A stretch of 64,000 bases of DNA from the human T2T-CHM13v2.0 reference genome, Homo sapiens: assembly GCF_009914755.1 (NCBI RefSeq), contig NC_060932.1, one strand, 5' to 3'. Shown in pieces: positions 1 through 10,706 of the stretch; the stretch's first letter is position 1, and each line of letters starts with the position of its first letter. The notes under the pieces are model-generated. The model was given only the letters and a program-made list of their open reading frames with translations, did no database searches and was not told the DNA's origin. Made by a program: the position numbers and the translations under genes.

Positions 1-9
1 CTACTGGGT

Positions 10-195
10 ATTTTGCATTCATGATCTTATTAATTCTCCCAACAACTCTTTAAAGCTGAACATTATTGGCCACATTTTGGAGGTTAAAAAAAATCTAGGG
101 TTCAGATAGACAAAGAAATCCGTCCAAGTTAACACAATAAGTAAGTGGCAGAACTAGGATTCAACCCAGAGCTGTCCTGCTCAAAAGCACGCTGG
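10..195 (-). mobile_element. MIR SINE fragment
   Basis: Reverse-complement MIR core: ccaagttaacacaataagtaagtggcagaactaggattcaacccagagc. Confidence 0.75.
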
Positions 196-1389
196 GTTAG
201 AGGGAAATCACATACATTATTTGAGAAAGGGCATGATGATGGGGGCCTGTGGATGTGCCTATAAAACCAAGAACTCACCCATCACTTAGGCAAAAGGAAA
301 CCAGTTTTCACTTGAGGATTCACAAGGAAAAAATACAAATGGGCAGATTGTTAATCCTGGATGAAAAAGAAATTGAATAACTCACAGCCTTGATGATTCC
401 TGAACTCACTGGGATGAGTAAGGAGAGTTCTTCCTCTCCCCAGGACTGACAGTGACAAGAGGGGTGAGGATTTTCTTTTAAATTCAACATTTTCTGAATC
501 ATCTTTCTATTCCCCACTGCACCTTGCAGCAGGCTTTGCAAATGTTAGGTGCTCAATACATATTTGTGGAAGGAAGAAAGGAGGGGAGGAATAGAGAAAA
601 TTATTTATGGAATGGCAAGAAAGAGCAGCAGGAAAAACAGAAAACAGCGTGGGCTCCAAGGGTTCATCACCCTTTCTCCAGGAAGCCTTCATCTGCAGCT
701 CCAGTCCTCAACTTTTCTTCTTCTAATCTGCTCATAACTTTATTTCAGCAACATCCAGTTGTTTATTAGCACACACCAACTTATGTCTATTCCAGTATTT
801 AACAAACAATAATTCACTGTCTATAGAGGATACTGTTATGTGATATCCTTTTATGCAGCTCTCTGCCTGTGTCTGCCCAATTAAAATGTAAAGTGATAAT
901 GGAAGGGAAATCTATTTTATTCTGCTCTATATTCTTCCTGTGCCCTTAGGGTAATCCTCCATTTATAAAAAGGGCTTAGCAAACATTGGCTTACAAAACC
1001 AGCTTCCTTCTATGGGGCACTCTGTAAATCCTCCTAAAGACCAAGTGTTCTATTATCCACTGCTTGCTTTGGACATCAGAAATGAATCAACCCCACCTGA
1101 CCCAGGCCCAGATGATGCTCACCTGGCAGAATATGGAAGCTCCCCTTTAAAGTGCTCTTGAGCGTGGCAAGGTAACCACAGGAACATGCTTCCTAATCAT
1201 TACCCAAATGCCTCAATAAAGCGTCCTCAGGAGGGGCCCAAACTGGAGCTCTAGCCTGTTTCCTTTAAGTGAGAGTGAAGCCTGGCTTTGAATGCAACAA
1301 GAGTTCCTTGAAGCTTGAAGTGTTCAATTTTACTCTGCCATGCCCCCAGTATAATCCATTGAAAGGGCACTGTCCTTCAGGCCTTTCAG

Positions 1390-1530
1390 CTGGGCTGACA
1401 GCTGCCCGCTGATTAATTGACAGGTTAAAAAGATTGATTCCACATGTCAGAGCTGTAACCCTGCCAGAACAATACAGCTGTCACTTGGGCTGTAAAACAG
1501 ACGCTTACATTAGCAGTCCTGACAGAGCCG
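1390..1530. promoter_or_regulatory. Candidate enhancer with clustered PBX-HOX and MEIS sites
   Basis: TGACAG 1396-1401, TGATTAAT 1410-1417 abutting TGACAG 1418-1423, AGATTGAT 1431-1438, TGTCA 1445-1449, CTGTCA 1478-1483, TGACAG 1520-1525, all in non-repeat DNA. Confidence 0.45.
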
Positions 1531-1888
1531 CGCATGGACACATGCACCTGCCTTTACGGAGAGCCTAAACACACAGCCACGCTGAGATTAATCATCTTGA
1601 AAGCAACCCTGGAAGACCAAATAAATGTTTCCATGATGGAAATAGTGGTAGCAATGTCGCCTTGTCATGTTCTTGATCTGCAGATGGTGCCCAGTGGGCT
1701 CGCCAAGAATGTGGGAGGCAAGGTGGGGCTTCAACAGTTGTTTGTTGTCACCGCCGGCACCTCTAAGCCCCAGTCCTTTCAACATGCACTTGCATGCAGT
1801 TCCCCATAGCCATAGACAGAGCCCCACCACTTGCCTAGAATTCTATCTCTCAGCACAGGGCTCAGTCTGTCCAGGCCAGTAATACACA

Positions 1889-1916
1889 AACCCCAACCCT
1901 AACCCTAACCCTAACC
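1889..1916 (-). repeat. Short telomere-like (TTAGGG)n tract
   Basis: CCCCAA CCCTAA CCCTAA CCCTAA at 1891-1914 on +. Confidence 0.8.
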
Positions 1917-2639
1917 TCAGGCCACCATCATGCCAACATGTTTGTGGAATGATTATTAAAAACTTGCTTTCATGAATGCGTGCCCCTAACACACCAAAAG
2001 ACTGAAACGTGGGCCTGTCAAAAACAGGGAGAGACCCCAGCAGCCTGGAGACAATGATCTTCCAACCAGGAAACATCTGGGGATACAGAGGACATCTGAA
2101 CACACAAAAGTTTTTCCAAAGCCTTTGCACACATTTGAATTGCCTGTGAGCAATTTCAAAAGAGAAATACCCCAACATCCTTCTTCTCTATTTTAAATCT
2201 GAATAGCTTGAAATTGTCACTAGATAATTCAAGTAGTTGGACTAGACAGTACCCAGGGAGAATTCCTCAGGACAATGCTGGGTCAGCAGGTCTCTGGAGT
2301 TAAACACGAAACCAGATCTCACATTCCTCTCAGAGCCTGGTGCCATCAATCTCTACCCATCTCCCTCCAAACCTGTGCTGACTGTCACAAAGATGCCCAG
2401 TGTGGATAAGGGAGCTGCTCTCCAGGTGACCGTCCTGCCCTAGGGCAGCAGTAACAGCCCATGGTCAGACTGATATCCCCACCTGGGTCTGGTCAGAGCC
2501 CCCAATCTAGGGTATTGTAATTTACAAATTTCATATACTCTAAATACCCTATAATTTTCCACTCTGAAAATGGTGTTTCTAGAATAAAGGGAAGATTCCT
2601 GTTAAAGGTTTCAATGAAAATTCTCTGAGTCCCAGAGAG

Positions 2640-2805
2640 TAGTGGTCCCAGACTTAGCTGCATACCACAATCTTCTAAGAAATCTTTGAAAAATTCAGAT
2701 ACTAGACCTCATGCTAGGGCTAGTGAATCAGAATTTCCAGGTATAGGTTCTAAAAATCTATATTTTTAATAAGTTTCCTAGTTGATTCACAGCAGACATG
2801 CATTC
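2640..2805. mobile_element. MER5-family hAT-Charlie MITE
   Basis: agtggtcccagacttagctgcataccacaatc...gtgaatcagaatttccagg...atatttttaataagtttcctagttgattc matches the MER5A/B layout. Confidence 0.7.
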
Positions 2806-3317
2806 GATAACTACAGCTCACAAGTCCACTCAAACTAAAGACAAGGTCTCACCTGGCAACCTCTCTTCTACAAGAGGACAAGCCTCTGTCAAAAGGACTC
2901 TGGGAACATTTTTGTTGCCAAAAGTCCCAGGGAACTTTCATGCTATGAAACACAGGGTGGAAAATTATCAGTATCATGGAAGTACTGCAAGGTAGATAAT
3001 AGAGAATACCTATATACTATCTATTAGTAATTTAAAATAGAATGCTTTCACAGCTTTTGGACAATTTTCTAAAATATGAAAATTCAGTTTTGATAAATAG
3101 TTTTCTAAATTAGGTCATGTACATTGCAAAGGTAATATATGTTCATCATAACACATCAAAACATATGAAAGTTACGTTTAAAATATTAATATTCCCTCTC
3201 CCCATTCCCTAATCCAACCCATTCGGGTAAGCAATATTAATCCCCTGGTGTGTGTTCTTCTGTATCTCTCTGCCTGCTCATATATGCACATACAAACACA
3301 TACAGACCTATATAGGA

Positions 3318-3825
3318 TATGGTGGTTAATTTTTTGTGTCAATTTGACTGGGCTTAGGGATGCCCAGATAGCTGGTAAAATTTCTGGGTGTGTCTGTGAG
3401 GATGTTTCTAGAAGAGATCACGTTTGACCCAGTAGACTCAGTCAAGAAGATCTGCCCTCGCCAAGGTAGCGGGGGCATCATCCGGTCCTTTGAGGTTCGG
3501 GTTAGAACCAGAAGGCAAGGGAAGGGTGAATTCACTTGCTCTTCCTAAGGTGGAACGTCCATTTTTCCTGCCCTTGGACATCCAGGTTGTGGGTTTTGGG
3601 ACCTTCAGACTCATGGACTTTCACTGGCAGTCCCCCAGACGCTCTGGCCTTCAGACTCAGAATGAAATACACCAGCAGCTTTGCTGGTGCCTCCACCTGC
3701 AAATGGCATTGGGTGGAACCTCTCAGCTTCCATATTCACAGGAGCCAGTTCCTGTACTGATTCTCTTCTTCTATATGGAAATATGTCATGTTTGTTCTGT
3801 TTCTCTGAAGAACACTAACTCGTAT
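3318..3825 (+). mobile_element. MLT2 (HERV-L) solo LTR
   Basis: Starts ggtggttaattttttgtgtcaatttgactgggc...gatgcccagatagctggtaaa; ends ttctgtttctctgaagaacactaact. Confidence 0.85.
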
Positions 3826-4292
3826 GCATGGTTTGGGGTCTCTTTCTTTTTGTTTTTTTTTAATATGGTCATAGTGTACATATTACCCTGCCACTTCTTT
3901 CGGGAGAATGCATTTTAAAATACACCAAAAAGTCATAAAAAGCTCTTGTCATTGCTTCCTTCCATCCTCCAGAAACATCTCCCTACTCTTTCTTGTTCCA
4001 GCATGTTAAAGGACCACAGCTACTTTCCAGTGGGCTCTGCAGATGTCCTTCCACGTGGCATCCACTTTTCCCACCGCAAAGTCACAGAATTGGAGAAGCT
4101 GTAGATAGATCATAAGCCAGGAACACAGTTACTGCTTCCCCTTTGTGTGAAGGCAAGCAGAAGATGATAAAAAAAAAAAGGAGAAAACCTACCCATTTAG
4201 TCTTCAAAAATAACCAGTCAATAACTACATTGAAATAGAGAGGTAGGTTGGTAATCGACAGAAAAAAAAAATGCCTGTCTTTAAAAAAAAAA

Positions 4293-4865
4293 AAAATTTA
4301 TTGAGATATAATTGACTTACGACAACACATCACATATATTTAAAGTATACAATTTGATCAGTTTTGACATATGCACACATTCACAAAACCATCATCACAA
4401 TCAAGATAGTGAATATGTCCGTCACCCAAAAAAGTTTCCTCAATCCCCTCTGTAATTTTAAAGTCCAGATCCCCAGGAAACAGCTGATCTGATATCTGCC
4501 ACCCTGGATTTGTTTGCATTTTCTATAATTTTAAATAAATGGAATCATACAGTGTGTGTTCTTTTTTGATCTTTTACATTTTACTCGGCATAATTGTTTT
4601 GAGATTCATTCTGCTATAGCATATATCACCAATTCATTCTGTTTTATTGCTGAGTAGTATTCTATTATATAAATATAACACAGTTTGTTTATCTATTCAT
4701 CTGTTTATAGACACTTGGGTTGTTTTCAGTTTTTAGCTCTTACAAATAAAGCCACCATGAACTTTATTATATACAAGTGTTTGTGTGATGTTATGAACCA
4801 AAAAAACTTAGAAACTGTTTTCTAAAGTGGTTGTGTCATTATACGTTCTCACCAGCAGTGTGTAT
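4293..4865 (-). mobile_element. Old L1 (L1MB/L1MC type) 3' end
   Basis: tttattgagatataattgac...tttaaagtatacaatttgatcagttttgacata...aaatggaatcatacag...tttattgctgagtagtattc, typical antisense L1M 3' region. Confidence 0.85.
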
Positions 4866-6574
4866 CTTTAATATTATTAGTCATCAAAGACATGCAAATT
4901 AAAACCACAATGGATATGAGCTAGTGAACGTTCTGCAAGTTACAAAAGAAATTATTTTCCTGACTTTGTAGCCCCATCTGATGTGTAGCCACATCCTGGA
5001 GAGTTAGTATGAGCAGGGCACTGTGCCATGGGCTGGAATAAGAGAAGTACAATCTACTGTTTACAGAACACACACAAAGCAGATGCTACTCAGTTCTGCT
5101 ATTGATCTTTCTAAGTGATACATGAATGATGCAGATGATACCATCAGGATGACTTGTCTATCACTGGCATCTCTACAAAAGGAAATGGGGATGCCACGTT
5201 CATCTCCAATTAACACCGACTGAGTGCTAATGACAGTACTGGTGCCACAGGACAATTAAACTGACACTTGAATCTCTGGTTTAAAGGGACACAAAATGTG
5301 GATAAGTCAGCCGCATAGGAGAAATGGTCCCCGTGGAGAAGAGAAGGTCAGAAAACAGCCCTGGCTCTCCACCATCATTTTTCCAGCACTGGCTGCCCTT
5401 GAGCTCAGGTGCAGTCAGGTGGACTTTCTTGTGATTTCTTCCCTTGGATTCTCCCATGTGGTATCTGCTTTTCCCACCCCAAAGTCACAGAATTATAGAA
5501 CCTATAGATAGGTTATGTCATCTGGTCTCTAAATCTCCTCATCAACAAAGATTGTCCAGGCACTGCTCAGAGGTCTTCAGGGATGGGGCATTTGCTACCC
5601 AGGCAGCACAGTCTATCTGGTCTTAACTTTTGAGTGTGGTGTGTAATAACATCTTCATATTTTACCTCATGTGGCTTACAGTCCCAGAAGCTTCTGTTAC
5701 CTTGCCACCCTTACCTCTGGTAGACAGCAGCCAAGGCTTTTTTTAAGTTCCTTCGCTTCAGGGAAGGAATAGCAGAATCAAAGAGTCAAATTTATGGCTG
5801 AAGTTTCAAAAGCCAAGGTCTAAACAATGAGGCAAAGATTGAAAAGACTCTGAGATTAGTCTAAGCCAGGTTTCCCCCCATCAAAAAAAAAAAAACACGT
5901 AAATAAATGATTCTATATTCTTAAACTGAGAGGAAGGAAACCATGGGTCCAAGAGAAAAGGAAGGAAATGTAGGTGCTGGGAAGTCCCCAAGAAGAGACT
6001 GTCACCTGGGCCAACTCTGGCTGGGATGACAGACTTTCCAGATTAGAGCAAAGGCAGAAAGATGCCTTTCCCCGCCCCACTCCAATACCTTCCAACTCTG
6101 TGATAGAGCCAAAGGGCCCAGCAAGACTCCCCTCAAAATCCCCCCAACTTCTGTCAACACAGAACCCTGTGCTGGAAGCAGGAGGGAAGGGAGGAGGGGA
6201 GGGCACAGGCAGACGGGCCTGGACAACCTCACAGAGAACCTCACGTGTTCTCCACACAGCCACAAGTGGCATGAATGTGGCACAGACAGCCAGCAAACGG
6301 GACAAGCTGGGAACAAAGAAGACCTTGCAGAGAACTTCTTGGACTGAAGACCGAAGGCCGATGGGAATGAGGACACCCCTAATGGATGCCAACACAGAGG
6401 GATGATGGCAATCCAGACAGAGGCCCCCACCCCTTCCAGCCTCTGCTCTCTGTTAAAATCCCTGCAACTTATACACTACCTGGGGGAAGGTGAATGTGTT
6501 AGGCTTCAAACTGCGATTTGGGTGTTTTTAGCCCAAGCACTGTGATATCATCATAGAATTAAGTTTTGCTCAAT

Positions 6575-7145
6575 GCAGAGATTCCCTAAAGAAATAAAAG
6601 TAGAAGTATCATTTGATTCAGCAATCCCACTACTGGGTATCCACCCAGAGGAAAAGAAATCATTATATGAAAAAGATACTTGCACACACATGTTTATAGC
6701 AGCACAATTCACAACTGCAAAAACATGGAACCAACCCAAATGCCCATCAATCATCCAGTGGATAAAGAAACAGTGGTATACATATACAATGGAATATTAC
6801 TCAGTCATAAAAAGGAATGAACTAATGGCATTTGCAGTGACCTGGATGAGATTGGAGACTATTGTTCTAAGTGAAGTAACTCAGGAGTGGAAAACCAAAC
6901 ATCATATGTTTACACTCATAAGTGGGAGCTAAGCTATGAGGGTGCAAAGGCATAAGAATGACACAGTGGACTTTGGGGACTCGGGGGAAAGGGTGGGAAG
7001 GGGATGAGGGATAAAAGACTACAAATAGGGCACAGTGTATACTGCTCAGGTGATGGGTGCATCAAAATCTCACAAATCCCCACTAAAGGACTTACTCATG
7101 TTACCAAATACCACCTGTACCCCAATAACCTACAGAAATAAAAAA
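6575..7145 (+). mobile_element. 5'-truncated L1PB1-like LINE 3' end
   Basis: ORF 6573..6932 encodes the ORF2p C-terminus (FDSAIPLLGIHPEEKK...TCTHMFIAAQFT..KTWNQPKCPS); G-rich 3' UTR with gataaaagactacaaat; ends aaataaaaaa. Confidence 0.92.
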
Positions 7146-7258
7146 TTTTTTTAAAGTGACACTTGTGACTATTAGCAATTCATATATATATATATAATCA
7201 TAATTTTTCATTTAAAAATTAAGTTTTGCTATAGAAAATTTTAAAAATTGTATTTCTT

Positions 7259-7426
7259 AAAAAAAATTAGCCAGGTATAGTGGCAGGCACCTGTAGTCCC
7301 AGCTACTTAGGAGGCTGAGGCAGGAGAATGGCATGAACCCGGGAGGTGGAGCTTGCAGTGAGCAGAGATCATGCTACTGCACTCCAGCCTGGGCAACAGA
7401 GCAAGACTCCATCTCAAAAAAAAAAA
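7259..7426 (+). mobile_element. 5'-truncated AluY (right arm only)
   Basis: AluY-type gagaatggcatgaacccgggagg...gagcttgcagtgag; TSD aaaaattgtatttctt at 7243-7258 and 7422-7437. Confidence 0.92.
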
Positions 7427-7588
7427 TTGTATTTCTTGTCCATCTGGGTTTGTGGATTGAGGTTTGTGTCTGCTATGACTATTAGGAAATATTGTCCTTT
7501 TAGGATAACATAGGTCTCCTTCTACTCCATCGATTGCTCCTAATTCTCTCCCTACCATCTGAAGACAAAGAGAACAAACCTTCTACAT

Positions 7589-7895
7589 CAGCACTAACAA
7601 ACAGTGGTGCATGGATAGATGTGAGTTCATACACTGTTTGCTATCTGGCCTCCGTGAGCACAAAGATGAAAGGAACAGTTTCCAAAATGTTATAGCAACT
7701 GGACATTGGTCACCAAGCACGTGACCAGTGGACATGCCTTGTGGAACACAATATAGACACAATCAGATGTCAAACTTACGTGATAAGCGGATTGTGATGT
7801 GAGCTCCATGCTAGTTATAAACAGTAAAACCGTGTATCAAAGGATGAGAAGTTTTTTTTTTTAACCGTTCCTTTGCCATGAATAATTGAAAATTG
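7589..7895. mobile_element. Charlie4a/MER80-like hAT element
   Basis: cagcacta...actgtttgcta...ttatagcaactggacattg...ccaagcacgtgaccagtggac...atatagac follows the Charlie4a consensus as I recall it. Confidence 0.7.
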
Positions 7896-9287
7896 AGATG
7901 CACTATTTTACCTAAAATTGCTGGAAATCCTCAAAGAAAGCAACTGAGAGCCTCCCAGCCACCTCACTCTTTTCTCCCACAAACTAAAGAACCAAGGTTC
8001 CTTTCATGATCCTGCTTGTCATAGTTTCAGCCCCCTAAGAGGCTGGTCATTTAGTTCTAGCTGTTATCCAGGAAATTGGCATGGGGGCAGTGGAGGGGTG
8101 GGCCTAGAGCTACAAGACTCCTGTTTCTCCTCAGTTTTTTTCAGTTTCCCAGCTCTAGAGTTTCTCTTTGGAGAGACTCTAACCCTGGTTGGGTGGCCCC
8201 AGAGAAATGTGATTTGGGTCTGAACAGGCTCTTCCACAAGTCTCTTCAAAGCTTTTATGGTGAGATTCAATACAGATATACAGATCAATTATCTTAAAAG
8301 CAGCAAGGAGGCCCATCAAATATTTCTAGCTTTAAACAGGTTTATTTCCATCTGCACTTATCTCTGCTATTTAAACTCCATTGCTTGCAGTTAATCTTAT
8401 GTAATGCAGCATAAGAGGGCTTATTTACTTTCTAATGACATCAATTGGCCATAAATATTAGATATCCAAGGTTCGTTGAGGCTGTGGGGACAGTTTTCCA
8501 TTCTTCCTTGACATTTGACTATTTGCAGAGCTTTCTCTTCTGTTTGTTCTTGTGTGACTCACTTATCGGCTGTCATAGGCCCATGTTCGATTTATTTAAA
8601 TTGAATGAATAAGTACATTAGGCGAGGCTGTCAGGAGGAGAGAGAATGGGAACTTATTGGGATGACTGATAAGTCAACACTCTGCAATAGAGATTCTCAG
8701 CAAAACTGCACAAATCAAAACGCTAAATGGAGGCAAGGAGACAGCCCAGGGCCTCCAAAGGCAGGTGTGTGAAAAGACGAGGCCCCTTTCCTCTGGGACA
8801 GAAGATCCCCGGGTCTGGGATTACTATGGACCTCATTAGAGCAGTGGTAAAATACTTCCAGCAGAGAGGGTGTTCAATCTCCAGATGATTTTGAACCTCT
8901 AAAAAAATTAAACTAGCTAATATCTGAATAGTTTTAGAGCCAAACATTCCATTTCACATCATCTATTAAATGCTTATAACTCTCCCTGCTCTTTTTCCTC
9001 ATTTTTTACTCCAGGATCCTAAGGCTCAGAGATCCTACAGCTCACCTGAGGCCACAGAACCCTGGAAGCTGCAGCCCCCTGACCCCACTCCCTCAACTCT
9101 CTCCTCTCCTCTGCCACCTGGAAAGCAGAGTCCCAAGGCCAGCCATTCTGCTGGTGCATCTCTAAATACAGGGTAGTGCATCTCTTCCCAATGAGATTTC
9201 TCCCTCCCACAGATTTATCAACCAGCTACCTTGGTGAATTCACAGAGAGGATGGTGGCCCTTTAACACAGAACTGCTAGATGGATGC

Positions 9288-9648
9288 TGATATGGTTTGG
9301 CTGTGTCCCCACCCAAATCTCATCTTGAACTGTAGCTCCCATAATTCCCACGTGTTGTGGGAGACACCCAGTGGGAGATAATAGAATCATGGGGTGGTTT
9401 CCCCCATACTATTCTCCTGGTTGTAAATAAATCTCACAAGATCTGATGGTTTTATAAGGGGTTTCCCATTTTGCTTGGCTCTCATTCTCTCTCGCCTGCC
9501 ACCATGTAAGATGTGTGTTTTGCCTTTCGCCATGAGTGTGAGGCCTCCCCAGCCACATAGAACTGTGAGTCCATTAAATCTCTTTTTCCTTATAAATTAA
9601 CCAGTTTGGGGTATGTCATTATCATCAGCGTTAAACTGGACTGAAATA
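9288..9648 (+). mobile_element. THE1 (MaLR) solo LTR
   Basis: tgatatggtttggctgtgtccccacccaaatctcatcttgaa... full ~360 bp; 5-bp TSD GATGC at 9283-9287 and 9649-9653. Confidence 0.95.
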
Positions 9649-9964
9649 GATGCCTATGATTGGAGTTTTCTTCTCACTGCCCCCGCCCCCTGCCCATTTT
9701 TTAATACAGAATTCTTTGTTCTTTGGAGACCTCAATACCTAAGGCAGATTTATCCCTCAGTAAACTCTCAGCCTCAGCAAACACTTTTTGGGGATGTTAG
9801 AATGTCTTCACATTTAGAAAGCTCACAACCTAGTAGGAGAGACCTACATGAATCCAATGACTATACTCATGAATGGATACTTACAAACCACTCCTATTCT
9901 GTGGAATCACATGGTAAAGGGGAGAAGTGGAAAAGGGGCAGTAGCAGGGCATATTTCCCCCTTT

Positions 9965-10545
9965 AGCTGAGATGCAATTAACTATATGAAGAACGGGAGA
10001 GTGCTTAATATATGAAGAGAGGGAGAACAATCCCAGATGGAGCAAAAGGCTTGTGCAAGCACCCTGAGGAGTGACATGAACACAGCCCAGAGAACAAGCA
10101 CAATGGCACAAGGTGAGGCTGGCCAGCTAAGCAGGGACTGGGCTGCAAAAAGCCTTCTAAGCTGTTCGATCTTCTGGCCTTTATCTTCAGATCAACAGGA
10201 AAGCACTCAAGTTTAAAGCAGTGGTGCCAATGTGATCAGATTTGCATCTTGAATAAAAGAAAATCACTCTGGCTGCAGTGTGGACAAGGAACAAATGAAA
10301 GACAAAGTGGATTTGCAAAAATCAGTTAGGAAGATGTGTAGCTGCTGAGCTGAGAGTGCTGGTAGCTCAGGCTCGGTGGTGGTGGAGATGGAGAGCAGCA
10401 GGCAGATTCAGGAGCTCTTTAGTAGGTGGGACAGATACGACTTGGTGATGTATTAGGTTCGTGGGGTGAGGGAAAGGGATATCTCAATAGGAGCTGACTA
10501 GATACTGGTAATCAATGAGATCCTTCCTGAAATAGGCACTAGGAA
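9965..10545 (-). mobile_element. L2 LINE fragment
   Basis: Antisense L2 motifs tttaaagcag...tgtgatcagatttgcat...atcactctggctgcagtgtgga...ggtggtggagatggagag. Confidence 0.75.
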
Positions 10546-10602
10546 ACTCTCAAGACCTGTAGTAAAGTCTCCAAACAACATAATCCTACTACTCCAAATG
10601 AT

Positions 10603-10706
10603 CCCATGAGGGCTGAGATCTCTCTCTCTCTTTTTTACATCAATGTATTTAAGTATCCAAAAGAATGCCTAGCTTGTAGTAGGTGCTCAGTAAATACTTG
10701 CAGAAT
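10603..10706 (+). mobile_element. L2 3' terminus
   Basis: ccatgagggc...agaatgcctagcttgtagtaggtgctcagtaaatacttg. Confidence 0.65.

Noticed and set aside
2508-2551. 9-bp inverted repeat TAGGGTATT/AATACCCTA
   Set aside because: Short enough to be expected by chance in 64 kb; no TSD or MITE structure.
5913-6430. Three overlapping 140-160 aa ORFs on both strands
   Set aside because: No recognisable homology or exon structure; stop-poor composition explains them.
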